Part shown: positions 29,068 to 64,000 of the stretch, in pieces
Numbering within the stretch: the stretch's first letter is position 1
How the letters are laid out: the number at the start of each line of letters is the position of its first letter
Assembly (NCBI GenBank): GCA_963693365.1
Contig: CAVNZM010000007.1
Span: 729,979 to 793,978, forward strand
Origin: Amoebidium appalachense
Taxonomy: Eukaryota > Protista > Ichthyosporea
Direction of reading: 5' to 3'
DNA: 64,000 bases
Notes under the pieces: model-generated
Database searches by the model: none
Told to the model about the DNA's origin: nothing
What the model saw: the letters and a program-made list of their open reading frames with translations, nothing else
Made by a program: the position numbers and the translations under genes

Positions 29068-30124
29068 AGATTTCGGCGTGTGGACATAGGACATTAAGAT
29101 ATACTGTATTGTGACATAGCAATGGCCTGAAACATAAATTTTGTCGTAGGCCAAATTTAAGGTTAAGCTGGACACCTTTTTTTTCTTCCCCACATGATAA
29201 AAAGCTGCGGAATAATATATATACGTACATAAATCTGACTAAGGAAGTTAAATGTTATATTATAGTAATATGAATATAGGGTGGAAAAAATTGAGTATAA
29301 ACTTGTTGGTTGATAATACCATCGTTGGCAACCGTTAACACCTATTAAGCGGATGCCCGGTGATGCTTTCTGCTGATTTTGCCTTTATGCCTGTATCTAT
29401 ATGTGTATAAAATGGTTGAGAAGTAAACGAAAGTAGTTTTTTTTGGTTCAAAATTGAGCGCAACCAAAAAAGTGTGCGCTCTTCACCGATTTTATCAGTG
29501 GCCTGACAAAGCCACGAAACCGAAAGGTATGAAACTGAATAATAAAAGTATTCCCGTACAGTAACTGTTGTAACAAGCGATTGAACATAACCGTTACAGT
29601 GTACCCGCGGCACCAATTGCTACTATGCAGAGGATACTATCCTCGGTGGAAGTGTACGTGTTTCCAATACCTGTGAGCTTCATTACATGTTTGTTGGCGT
29701 GTACAACGATACCACCCGTGTATGTACCATGTGACAGGCGATTTTATATACAAACATGTGCACTCAGTCTGCACAGGTACATGTACACGCTGCCGTGGCA
29801 TTGCAACACCCTGTTACACACCCACACATAATCATTATGATACGCACATAAACACAAAAACACACGTGCAGGTACGTACACACACAATCTGGGAAGCTTG
29901 GAAGGGTGGCACGGGACTAGCGGGTGGTTATATGGTGGCGCAACGGTGGTGCCATACTGAGGGTGTGCACGCGCGCGCGCGCACACGCGCGTACGTGTGT
30001 GTGTGAGCACGTGCGTGTGCGTTCGTACCACACTGCTACATGTGTGCCGGTGTGTCACGGTGCACACACATACACGTGTGCGTGCACATGGTGAGGGTAT
30101 GTGTACATTAGAGAGAGAGAGAGT

Positions 30125-30155
<31 letters not shown>

Positions 30156-30635
30156 GGGGGGGGGGGCGGGTAAGGTGGGCCCCTGGAAGGACATCGAATA
30201 CATAACACGTGTGTACCGTACTGAGGTACATATTTTAAAGCTGATAAAGTTTTCCATATACCAAGCGAGTACATTGCAGTTGTGGCCTCAGATCATGTCC
30301 TTCAAATACCTTCAGTATTAAACAATAATTGTAATAAAAAACATCACAATATCTGCAAAAAGAAGTAAGTTGGGGATTGGTTTAAAAAAAGGTTAAAAAT
30401 TAAATTTTAAAGAAAGGGGGGGGGGGAGGGGGGGGGGGGGGGCAGGGACGTCATCCGGGGAGTGGGGGAAATCCAACCGCTACGTATACAGAAGAAGAGT
30501 ATCAGATATATCATTTGCATCCTTATTTACTTATAGTTCTGAATGAACGTATTCTCAACAAGTTCAAGACACCCGACCAGAACTAAAAAGCAAATCTATT
30601 CATCTCACACGTGCACAACAGGCAATAGTAACCAA

Positions 30636-32033
30636 TCACTCGATACGTCTGCGCTTGTTAGACTTTTCTTTCGGCATCGTCCACACCCTTGCCTTGCCAT
30701 CATCCCGTAAAGCCAACAGACCCGCACCGGAATGATCATACTCAACAATCACCACCCCACGCCACCACGCACTATCAGCATCAGGCAGATGCAACATCAC
30801 ACACTCTGCAACAACAACAGTATGCGGGGTCGGGTGCTTCAGCACATACACGTTCAGCCCTGTTATTGCTTCCACCGAAAAAACATCAGGGCCATGGAAT
30901 CGGACGTATTCGTGCATTATGTCTTTGTTTAGTATGTTCAGCGTGGTGGCTGGAACCAGAACATCACCCTTCTCATCCAGCGATTCATACGTGAGTACGG
31001 ATAGGTCGTTCTCATCGTTAATGCTCAGCATACTGAGTTGCTTACCCGACAACCAGAGCTTCTCTGTATCTACACTGCCCCACTTCCGATACAGCTCCGC
31101 GCCGGTGTCAAGATCAAACACGGCGATGAATGGACTCTCTGAATCCTGCGAGTCTCCAATAAACGCCTCATCACTATGCTGCAGAAGAATTGTTATCGTG
31201 CTTTCAGGAAGGAATCAGGGTCCGCAACATCTGGCATGAATTGCCAAAGTACTTCGCCTGTTGTAATGCTTTGCGCATGGATGGCATTGTCGTTTGTTTT
31301 CACTATCAACGTATCATTCCGGCAGAGCATTCGCTGGCTGTCTCGCATGTCCAAAGTCAAAGGGAAAGATTTCTCCATCGACCCATCAACTGGGCTGTAA
31401 AGAACCACCGTCTCATCTTGCCCTTTTACATAGAAAGCAACGATATGTGTCGAGCGAGGGTACATAAACAGTGACGTTAAATCACCAAAAACATTGTCCT
31501 TTTCCGGCCATGCCTTCAGTTTTCCCCCCGTGGTAGTATCCCAAAGAATACCGAAGTGGGTATCGTCCCCAATGTCTTCGGCCAATACCCGTTGAAGTTC
31601 CGAGGACAGCTGAATTTCGCAATCCTCACAAAGGAACGTATGGTCCAACACCACACATTGTGGCTCCCCACGACACAGGTCCAGAATTGACGGTTCTTTT
31701 CCGGGATATTGCAAACAGAAAAACTCAAACTCATCCTGCAGCCGCTCTTTCGAATTCTCATCTGCCGGCAGCAGCGCATGGATCCCGCCCGTTCGAAGGA
31801 AATCGAGCACGTATTCAAACAAAACGGGTGAACGGTCGATAAAAACTGACCCATCCGGGTGGGTTTGGATGGCGTGGCGGCCGCTGAACCATGCGGCCAA
31901 CATGGAGCCAGGCACCGAGCAAAGGGTCTGGTGGGTGGTGTGGAAGATGTGACCACCCACGTCGAGAACAATCTGGTCGGTGGCTTGGTGGTTGAGCTGA
32001 CGCACAGACTCGCATTCGGCTGCAAACCGCTCC
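30636..32033 (-). pseudogene. KCTD-type BTB/POZ (T1) + beta-propeller-like gene, copy A (one frameshift; could be intact with an assembly error)
   Basis: IVLDVGGHIFHTTHQTLCSVPGSMLAAWFSGRH...DGSVFIDRSPVLFEYVLDFLRTG...DEFEFFCL is a classic T1-BTB. It is followed by WD/PQQ-like strands (LWDTTTG, TGEVLWQF, VFDLDTG, DDGKARVW) and ends KRRRIE. One frameshift near 31210-31216 joins track ORFs 31193-32053 and 30636-31121. Short upstream intron 32096-32034; start codon not found. Confidence 0.8.
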
Positions 32034-32386
32034 CTGTGAACAAGGAAAAACATGGGTCTTTGAAATGCTCACATACATAACATCAAACTGGCTTACCAGT
32101 TGTATTCACACCATAAGGGGGTAAGGGGATAGAGGGGGGGGGGGGGGGAAGGGAGAGAAAGAGGGAGAGGGAGAGGGAGAGAGAGAAAGAAAGAGGGAGG
32201 GAGGGAGAGAGGGAGGGAGGGAGGGAGGGAGGGAGGGGGAGAGGGAGGGAGAGAGCGAGGTAGGGAGGGAGCAAGGGAGGGAGGGAGAGAGAGGGATCCC
32301 AGAGATGCCAAGTGTAGGCAAAGGGATGACAAGAAGTGGGTGGATGGTTGCGCAGGGGGGGGGGGGGGGGGGGGGAGGGGGGGGGG

Positions 32387-33624
32387 ACATCAACATCAGG
32401 CAGATGCAACATGGCGCACTCTGCAACAGCAACAGTATGCGGGGTCGGGTGCATCAGCACATACACGTTCAGACCTGTTATTGTTTTTACCGAAAAGACA
32501 TTAGGGCCATGGAATCACGAGTAGTCGTACTCTACGCCCTTGTTCAGTGCGATCAGCGTGGTGGCCGGAACCAGAACATCATCCTTCTCATCTAGCAATT
32601 CATACGTGAGTACGGATCGGTTGTTCTCATTGTTAACATGCAACATGCTGAGTTGTTTGCCCGACAACCACACCTTCTGTGTACTAGTATCTACTCTGCC
32701 CCACTTCCGATACAGCTGCGTACCGGTGTCGAGATCAAAAACGGCTACGAATGGATTCTCTGAACATTGTGAGTCTGCTACAAATGCCTCATCACTGTGG
32801 TGGAGATGAAACTTTCCGGGAAAACATCGGGCGTCATCTGCCAAAGTACATCACCCGTGGCCATGCTTTGCACATAGATAACACAGTCCGTTGTTCTCAC
32901 TATCAGTGTATCATTCCGGAAGAAAAATGCGCATGCTGCTTTGTGTGCTCAATGGGACCGACTTCTCCATTGACCCATCCACAAGGCTGTAAAGGACCAC
33001 AGTCTCATCTTGTCCCCTTTCGTAGAAACCAACGACATGTGTGGAGCGCTGATACATAAATATTGAAGTCAAATCACCAAAAACATCATCTTTTTCCGGC
33101 CATGTCTTAAGTTTTTCCCCTGTGGTAGTATCCCAAAGAATAGCGACACAGGTGTCGTCCCCAGTGCGTTCGGCCAATTCCCGATTAAGTTCTGAAGACA
33201 GTTGAACTCCGCAATCCTCAAGAAGGAACGTATGGTCCAACACCACACATTGTGGCTCCCCAAGGCACAGGTCCAGAATTGACGGTTCTTTTCCGGGATA
33301 TTGCAAACAAAAAAACTCAAACTCATCCTGCAGCCGCTCTTTCGCATTCTCATTTGATGGCAGCAGCGAATGAACCCCGCCCGTACGGAGGAATTCCAGC
33401 ACGTATTCAAACAAAACGGGTGACCGGTCGATAAAAACTGACCCATCAGTCGGGTTTGGATGGCGTGGCGGCCGCTGAACCATGCCGCCAACATGGAGCC
33501 AGGCACCGAACAGAGGGTCTGGCGGGTGGTGTGGAAGATGCGACCACCCACGTCGAGAACAATCTGGTCGGTGGCTTGGTGGTTGAGTTGACGCACAGAC
33601 ACGCATTCGGCTACAAACCGCTCC
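32387..33624 (-). pseudogene. BTB/beta-propeller gene, copy B (decayed tandem duplicate)
   Basis: Colinear with copy A, but with frameshifts near 33450, 32920 and 32810, an in-frame TGA at 32517-32515 where copy A has CGA, and a 3' truncation into a poly-C run at ~32387. Confidence 0.88.
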
Positions 33625-33727
33625 CTGTGAACAATAAAAAGCATGGGTCATGGAGAGCTCACACCTACCACCATTTTGGCTTCTCAAGGGGCATTCACAC
33701 CAAAAAAAGGGAGGGGGAGGGGAAAGA

Positions 33728-33797
<70 letters not shown>

Positions 33798-33898
33798 AGG
33801 GGGAGGGGGGAGGGGGGGAGAGGGGAAGGGGGAGAGTTACGAAAGACACAAATGTCCTAGAAACACAAGGAAAGCCTCGGGGGAGGGGGGGGGGGTGT

Positions 33899-34092
33899 GG
33901 ATACGCTTAAGTGCAGGGAAAGGGATGACAAGACGTGGGTAGATGGTTTGGGAGAGGGGAGGGAGGGGAGGGGGGAGGACACGCAGGCAAAGGGGCGGAG
34001 GGGAGGGAGGGGGTGGATACGCTTAAGTGCAGGGAAAGGGATGACAAGAAGTTGGTAGATGGTTTGGGAGAGGGGAGGGAGGGGGGAGGACA
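33899..34092. repeat. Two ~80-bp direct repeats upstream of BTB copy B, with a third diverged copy at 32303-32353
   Basis: GGATACGCTTAAGTGCAGGGAAAGGGATGACAAGA..GGTAGATGGTTTGGGAGAGGGGAGGGAGGGG at 33899 and 34015; related AAGTGTAGGCAAAGGGATGACAAGAAGTGGGTGGATGGTTG upstream of copy A. Confidence 0.85.
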
Positions 34093-35075
34093 CGTGGTGG
34101 GATAGCCCAGGCCCTGGGGCAAAAAGGTGGGAGAGGGGGGTGGGGGCTGTGCTTGTTTCAACTGAAAACCATTTCGTGTGTGCTTTTTCTCGCTACATGG
34201 GCGTGTTGGGATTGAGGGGAGGGAGGGGAGGGGGGGGGGGGGGGGGGGAGGGGAAGGGAGCGGGGGTGGGAGGGGAAGGGGGGAGGGAGCCATTCAGGCT
34301 TGGCCACACACCTGTCCTCTTTCAGCTTTGCCCCCTCTCTTTTCAGAGCGTCTGTTTCTGCGCTGAGGGCAGCCTCTTTGGCGCACAGCTCTGGTGCAGT
34401 GACCGCTATGTATGAATTGATGCAAAAAGAATGTTGATTTTTCTACCTGAACAGAAATGTCTGCCCATTGATAAACATCTCATCTGTGCACCGTGTAGTA
34501 GGAAAGCTGCGAGGTCTTCGAAAACGGCTGCGAAGAAGGGAGGCGGTGACAGTCACATGTGCTGTATGGGTCGGAATGTGATGAATGCCTTTTTTTACAA
34601 TAGAAATAAAGTAGAAACAATACACAGGTTGGCACCACATGCATAACTTGACGAGGTCAGCACAGCGTAAAAACGGATGCTACTAGCTGCGCATGTGCCG
34701 TGCATGCAAAAAATGAATTATGTCTTCAACTGTGATATATTTTAGGAAATGTTTTTTGGAGCCTGACAACAAGACTGTCAGCCAAAAAATGCATTATGCC
34801 AACTTGAGAACGAACGAGTGAACACCAAGTGTACAGTAGGTGCGCGGTTGGCAGGCTGAAAAGGTGGACTACTTGCGGATCACTTAAGCGGGAAAACTTC
34901 CCCGCGTGTACGACATCGCGCATGCACCCGCGCGTGACGGTGTGTGCCACGGTGTGTGTGTGTGTCTAAAAAGGATGGGTGGGCGTTGGGTGGTTGGGTG
35001 GGTGTGTATGTGTGTGTGTGTGTGTGAAGGGGAGGTATCCGGGAAAGGGAGGGGAAGGGGGGAAGGGGGAAGGGT

Positions 35076-35113
<38 letters not shown>

Positions 35114-35961
35114 AGATTACACCCACGCCTGATCGAATATTATTATTTTTCAATGGTCCCCCCCCCCCCCCCCCCCCCCCCCACATCCCTCCTCTCATAC
35201 GGCTGCCATTCGACACCCACAAACATCATACACTCTCTTGTCTTTGTATGCTACCCGGGCCCATATGACCCTCGAGCTATATATAGCTCGCGGCCCGCGC
35301 ATTGAGAATCTAGAGGTGTTAGTAATCGAAAACACGCCCACAGGCCACTGGCGACTCTACATGCATGTCTGTGTGCACCGCGGAATCATTGACATGCATA
35401 TATATGTCTGTTGTGCACCCAATACGTCTGTGTGCACCGAATATGCATACTTTGGATTGTGCTGATATGTGCACTCACCTATTAGTGGGAACACAATCCC
35501 TAAGTATACGTATACACGCCGGACCTGACATGTATGTAGGAACCCTGCACATAAAAATTCCTCCCTAGGCCTACCCCTCCCCCCCCCCCCCCCCCCCCCC
35601 CTCTCTCTGCCCCCACAAAAAAGGGCCTCAATACAGGGAACACGCAAAGCACATCATGGAGTATGATACCACCACATATGTCATTTGCACGACCAGCGTG
35701 CATTTTAAGAGGGGTTTCTGATTGGAGCGCAGTCACAGACCATGCATGCCATACGTGCCTATGTACAGGTCAACGCCTTCATATGTGCGCCTATTTCGTG
35801 TGCACGCAAGATCTGAAGGTCTCTTACCGAACGACTTGCAATATCCGGGCAAAAAAAACAACAACAAAAACTTAATACTGGGAAAGAATGAAAGAAAGAA
35901 ACACTGGAAGGGGTAAAGGCATTTAGTCTACTACATGACTATCACGTTAATTGGACAACAC

Positions 35962-36091
<130 letters not shown>

Positions 36092-36368
36092 ACTGCAATA
36101 TCTTCAGGTTTTACATACTAAAACCTCTCACTCTTTTCAAAAACACGCAAGCAAATACAACAGTCATTCGAAAAAACAATAACACATCTACGCAAGAAAC
36201 TGTTAACATGGGCGGTTATCTCAAACCTGAATAGCCTAAGATATACGATCAGATGGTAATCGGACAAACGGAGCTACGTGATTGGGTGCTTTGAATTTGA
36301 ACAATGCTGACTACATTCAAAGCCTACTAGTCAACATACAACGGTGTCGAACCCCAGTACAGTCATCA

Positions 36369-36419
<51 letters not shown>

Positions 36420-36420
36420 T

Positions 36421-36510
<90 letters not shown>

Positions 36511-36718
36511 TGTGTGTGGATGGGTTTAAAGGGGCGTGGTGGGGTGATGGCGTGGGATTGGGTGAAGGGACTATATCTCATTATCATTTCGAATCACAAA
36601 CCACACGAAAAGTCCTCTGAACCTATCATATCACCTCACAAATCACTCCGGTTGCCAATACAACCCCACCGAATTATTAGGTCAAACTCTAAGGCTGCTT
36701 TGCCACTATAAACCCCTC

Positions 36719-50830
<14,112 letters not shown>

Positions 50831-51769
50831 CTTCTCTTAATCGTGTTTACTTCGGTGTGCTCGTTGTCATGTTAGCCTCCAGATGCATGGGTTGCAAGGA
50901 CAATTTCAGCTTCAAGTTCACTGATGCTTGTCAAATGAGGGCAAAAGGAGTTGCACTAATCAGGAACCTACTTGACAAACACCCCTTGAGCGACGTAGAA
51001 AGGAAATCCTACCTACCTACCCAACTCCCATCTATACAGAATCTTAGTGACTGACTTGCACAAAATTCCTTCACCACCGTTCAACTGCAGCTGAGTTCCG
51101 TTGAGTGCGGCGGCCTCGTGGAAGAGCCATGCATTTTCTTCTCACCCCCGGGTGAAGAATCTGAAGATTCATTGTATGGACCCCAAAGCTTAAATTGTGT
51201 TGCATTCCCAAAAAGCAAAGTGGAGTTATTTTCCTCCTAAGCTCCTAACTATTACTTCTTTTATAGCCAGAAATAACCCAAAACAATTTTTACTACTTAT
51301 ACTACGGTTTGTCTTTTATAAATTGGAAGGCTATGTCCCTTATTAGGCTCAAGAGAGATACTCGAAGTGAAGAAAATTACTTGTGTTTATTGTCTTACTT
51401 TAGACTTTTTGTTGAATTCTGTTGGTCGTCACATTGAGTATTTATATGATTTGCACAAGGTGTTCAGGTATTTCAGTATGCACTTGCTACTGGATAACTC
51501 GTGAAGTTTTTATTGTCTTCTCAGTATGCCGCCCATACTTGCATATCTTTCCGTCGAATAAATCCAGTCAAAAGAAAAAAGTAAAATTGCTCAAACGGGG
51601 TTTCATGAAACTGGACGCTCCTGGTGGTGCCGGATAACCCAATCAGTGCTAAGAGGAGGGTCGACAGGAATGTCGCCCAAGGGCCACCGCTTCCAACTTC
51701 AAGACTGCCAGAGAAATTGAGTATTGTATGTACTGAGAAAGCAGCCAAACTACAAAGATAAAAAGTGTG

Positions 51770-51820
<51 letters not shown>

Positions 51821-52257
51821 TACATATATATATATATCACTGTGATCAACAAAAGCAACCTCGGGGATCATATATTAGCTTTAGCAAGTGCTTACAGTAG
51901 TGGCATCACTTACACTGTGTACATACTAATTCGGTATCGCCCATTTTGTATTGCAGATATTTTGCACGCCTCCACTAAGTAAGGTCACGTGCACAAGCGC
52001 TTCAGTGACACACGTCTGACACTCGTCGGACACAGCTTCTGAAAGTTTTCGTTTTTTAGCTGTTAGCTGGATGCTATAGCTTTATTTGGCTAGTTTCTTT
52101 ACTTTGTTAGGAGAAACCACGTGTGCCTTTGTTGTTAGGTCTGTTATACTTGGATTATTGCACACAAATTAGGAAAAATTTCGACTCCGCCTTAGGTCTG
52201 TGTTTTTTGAGGCTCCCAGTGAATAGTTTCTGCGTCTGTTGAGGACTTTTGGTCATC
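50831..52257. promoter_or_regulatory. Divergent intergenic/promoter region between IF2mt and DIM1
   Basis: Head-to-head start codons 1.43 kb apart. AT-rich and nearly free of G/C runs; CCAAT at ~51639, CACGTG at 51986 and 52118, GAAAAATTT at ~52173. Confidence 0.45.
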
Positions 52258-60252
<7,995 letters not shown>

Positions 60253-61317
60253 GAGGCACACGACAAACTGTGCACTGCTCACCTTTTATGGTACGCATGA
60301 CGCAGGCAAATAGATTTGGATATATTATTCAAATTCGGTATGTCCAAAGGCCATGTAGTTGTCTTTTTGCGAACTTTATTCTGTGATGTGTCCGTCAATT
60401 GACCCCGCTCCACACACGATATGGTTAGGCAGGTCTGGCGGTCACAAATTATTTCTTCTTGGATGATTTTCTCTGAAACGTCAGCATTCGCACATGAAAT
60501 CTGGTTTTTGGGATGTATATATTTTGTGCGAAAAAAAACTCTCGGAGCCCTATAGCCGTTTCCATATTCATACAGACTATAGCTAGCGACACCTCACAAA
60601 CACGCACGGGCACATAAGTATCATTCAATTCAGTGTCTGTGTCGCACGAGGATTTACACTTGAATTGGTGCATGTACATGTAGATAATCGAGAACAAGAG
60701 AGAGGCCATTGCAATTTGGATTTTGGCCGCCGGATACCATTGTTGATGTTATTGTTTGTTTGTTTGTTTTTTGTTTTTTTTGTGGGGTTTTGTTGCTTTG
60801 AGGGGTAGGGGGGGGAGGGGCTTATGAAGGTACTTCATGGTTTGATCTTTGCATGTATGCCATCATTTTGATATTTCTGAGCATGTACATTCATCGGTTG
60901 CGTCACCAATTCCATACATGCCACTGGTTGGCACACTGTTATCTATTGGCCCAGAACCAGCCTGGGATTGCCATATAAAGATATTGTTCTAAGCATACAA
61001 TTGGCTGATGGGGTCACAGAAAAGCTGTAAAATAACCGTGGGTATACATTCAGTGTAGGCCCGAGTGTGTCCCTTCGATAGGCCAAGATTTGCCAGGTTT
61101 ATCCTTAGCACTTATGATTCATAATCGTAACCAGCATTCAGAACTAGCCGCATATCACGTCTGGAATATATCCACCCCCCGATACCAAAAAACTGGCATA
61201 ATATCTTTCAACAATAGGGCAAACACACACATACTTGGCGTCAGTGCAAGTGGGTGGGTGGGTTGGGTATTTACACGTGCATACGTGTGTGTGCGTGTGC
61301 GTGTGCGTGTGCGTGTG

Positions 61318-61366
<49 letters not shown>

Positions 61367-61521
61367 TGAGTGTGTGTGTGTGTGTGCCGTGTGCGTGTGT
61401 GCACCACTGCATCTCAGCCCCATCCCTCCGTGCACACATAGTCACGTATGTACGATGGCCAATCATTAGCAACACTCCACGTGAGTGTCCACAACATGCA
61501 ACAACACACGTGCACACTCCC

Positions 61522-62217
61522 TCATGCCGTCACTGTCTGTCGCTCTGTAGCTGGTTCCTCATCGGGCCATTCGTAATTCTGCACAATGGGGAGGGGGTTA
61601 AATGGGTCTTACTAATAGGGTACGAAGTAAACATTCACGATGGACGAACACACACAGTGCAGAGTCCAAACCACACATGAGAGAGTATGCATCATATGCA
61701 AAGCAGAGCCCATCCTTCATGGAGCCCAAAGTCCACACAAGTTGCCCCCGGGGAGGGGGGGGGGGGGGGGCTCAAGGGCTAAGCGTTGGTGCCAAAAAGG
61801 GGGAAAATGAGGGGTGGTGGTGTGCATGTAAGGAGGAGCAGGGGGGGGGGGGGGGGGGGGGGGGGGGATGACGATGCAAATGACACAAAGAAACATGCAG
61901 CAAAATCATGTGACAAAGCAAATGGTGGATAGCTGACCGGTGCATGCGTGTGTGCGTGTGCAGCGCATGCTTGTGTGTGTGTACAGTGCATTGGCACGTC
62001 CCCATGTGTGAGTGGTGATGGGGTGTGCAGGGAGAAGATGGAGGGGGTGGGGACTTGGGACACCCCTCCCCTCCCCCTTCCCCCGGGTAGAGACGACGGA
62101 CAATGCCATCATCTCAGAACACAAAACAACAAAGCCATCAAGTGACCCCCCCTCCCATTCCCCCCCCCGTTTCTCATGCAAACCCCCCACCCTCTAACAA
62201 ATACACACACATACACG

Positions 62218-62255
<38 letters not shown>

Positions 62256-62535
62256 CACACACATATACATACAACAATTATCATGCATTGCCAAGCAATC
62301 TGTTAAAGGGGAATCAGCGCTCACAACCTGGAAGCACTACACAAAACACTCCAAAAATGACACCCCCCCCCCCCCCCCCCCCTCCTTCCATTCAGTTTTA
62401 ACGTGAGATTACTCCCTAACCCAAAAATGACCCCCCCCCCCCCCACCCCCCCCCCCCTCTCTCCCCCACCCTCAATACCTGCATCCCACTGCCCCCCCCC
62501 CCCCCCCTCTCTCCCCCACCCTCAAAACCTGCATC

Positions 62536-62582
<47 letters not shown>

Positions 62583-62786
62583 CGTCCCTCCCCCTCCCCC
62601 CAAAAAAATATGCACACCCACAACGACAACAATATTGAACAAATAAATAATAAATAAATACAATAACTAACACGCACCTCGTCATATATGACCCGCACTA
62701 TGAGGGAGCAACTTGGGCACCGTGCCACATCCTCCCCGTCCATCAACTCATCCTGCAACAGAAAGAAATGTCAACCGTAATCAAAA

Positions 62787-62818
<32 letters not shown>

Positions 62819-63821
62819 AAAAAAAAAAAAAAAAAAAAAACCAAAAAAAAAACCAACTCCTTTCCCCCCCTTATCCTTCCCAGACACTCACAATACACCA
62901 ACCCATCCTCCACACACTCAGACGGCCACTACCACCATTACCCATGCACACTCCCTCCTCCTCCCCTCCTCCCCCGAAGCGTCCCCCCCCCTTCCCCCCC
63001 ACACACACACACCGTGAACCCCACAACTCTTGTCCGTCCTGATCCTCCCCCATCTCTCCCCCTCCCCCCCCTCCCCCCGGCTCCTTCCTTTCCCCCCACT
63101 GACCGCACTGGACAACATGCGTAGATACCCCAAACAGCAAGTTAGAGTCGCGTTATTATCTATCTAATCAAGCAAACAATAAACTTCCATACAACCGTTA
63201 CACCGAGTGCTACTCGGGTAAAGTCACAGACACACAACCAGGGTGTCCAACGTTAATTGCACACATTCACGTACACACGTAACTGTGACACCCCTCTGAC
63301 ACACTTAGCATTCCAACAAAAGCATGTCTACAAACACACACATACAATCCATTCAAATTGAGCAAAACCAATAATACCACTGTGGGCGCCAAGCAAGTAC
63401 AGAACCGCTAACACAGGCATGACGGGAGCAAGTACAGACACACTTCCAAACAGGAGAAGAAGCCAGGTGTCCCCACAGATCCGTGCACAAAACACACAGA
63501 GATGAAAGAGAAAGAGCGAGGGTAGGAAAAATACACATGCATGCACGCACGCACACACGCACGCAAGTTCTCGCAATTCAACATGGAAGCAACCCCAAAA
63601 CACCAGCCAAGTCCATGTAGCCCGAAGAGACACGCACAAGCAACCACACAAACCCACACAGGCATACACACACAGGCACGCACGTACACACACGCACACG
63701 CACACGCACGCACCAGTGTAATCTGGAACCGGTCCCCACACGGACATGGGAAGAAGAAGGTCCGCAGATCTGCGTCGTATTCAAAGTCTTCAATCTCTAC
63801 CTCGTCGTGAAACACAGACAT
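61522..63821 (-). CDS. DPH3: Diphthamide biosynthesis protein 3 / Kti11, CSL zinc finger (3 exons, ~79 aa)
   Basis: Exons 63821-63714 ([36 protein letters not shown]), 62752-62678 ([25 protein letters not shown]) and a probable last exon 61578-61522 ([18 protein letters not shown]), all phase 0. Confidence 0.94.
61596..61716 (-). mobile_element. Intronic dispersed repeat, copy 9 (DPH3 intron 2, next to the acceptor)
   Basis: Reverse complement reads AGGATGGGCTCTGCTTTGCATATGATGCATACTCTCTCATGTGTGGTTTGGACTCTGCACTGTG..GTCCATCGTGAATGTTTACTTCGTAC...CCCATTTAACCCCC. Confidence 0.75.
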
Positions 63822-64000
63822 GGTGCCGCCTCTCTGATCTGCCTCGCTATTATTAAGAAGAAACTGAAAGCCCGAAGGCAAAAAAAAGGAAGGGTGGGAA
63901 AGAAAAAACGTATCTCAGAGTGCCTTTGCGAGACCACAAAAGGATCCGGAATCGACAATTTTAACCGGGAGAAACCTGCTTCAGCAGGCCTTCGTGCCAG

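Noticed and set aside
62451-62545. Two ~50-bp tandem units CTCTCTCCCCCACCCTCAA.ACCTGCATCCCACTG-Cn (similar case at 59627-59750)
   Set aside because: Simple local slippage duplication between homopolymer runs; no further structure.

Overview
Eukaryotic nuclear DNA with GT-AG introns, saturated with (CA/TG)n, (GA/TC)n and poly-C/poly-G runs; almost all ORFs in the supplied track are translations of these repeats. The proteins look opisthokont, possibly a unicellular holozoan (inference only). Exon chains rebuilt by hand in consistent phase: partial PAS-domain gene (-, leaves the left edge), mannose-6-phosphate isomerase (+, 11 exons), an orphan coiled-coil gene (+), a Josephin deubiquitinase (-, 2 exons), an intronless Roquin-like CCCH gene (+), two tandem disrupted BTB/beta-propeller copies (-), mitochondrial IF2 (-, 19 exons), DIM1 (+, 10 exons) and DPH3 (-, 3 exons). 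The most unusual signals are non-coding. (1) A ~60-200 nt repeat family seen only in introns, always sense to the host gene (9 of 9 copies, 5 genes, both strands), 5'-truncated, with a shared 3' end running into poly(C), a structurally conserved 5' hairpin and a branch-point-like 3' end. (2) Many 3' splice sites where (CA)n runs straight into the AG in place of a polypyrimidine tract. All coordinates were read by eye; no database searches were run.
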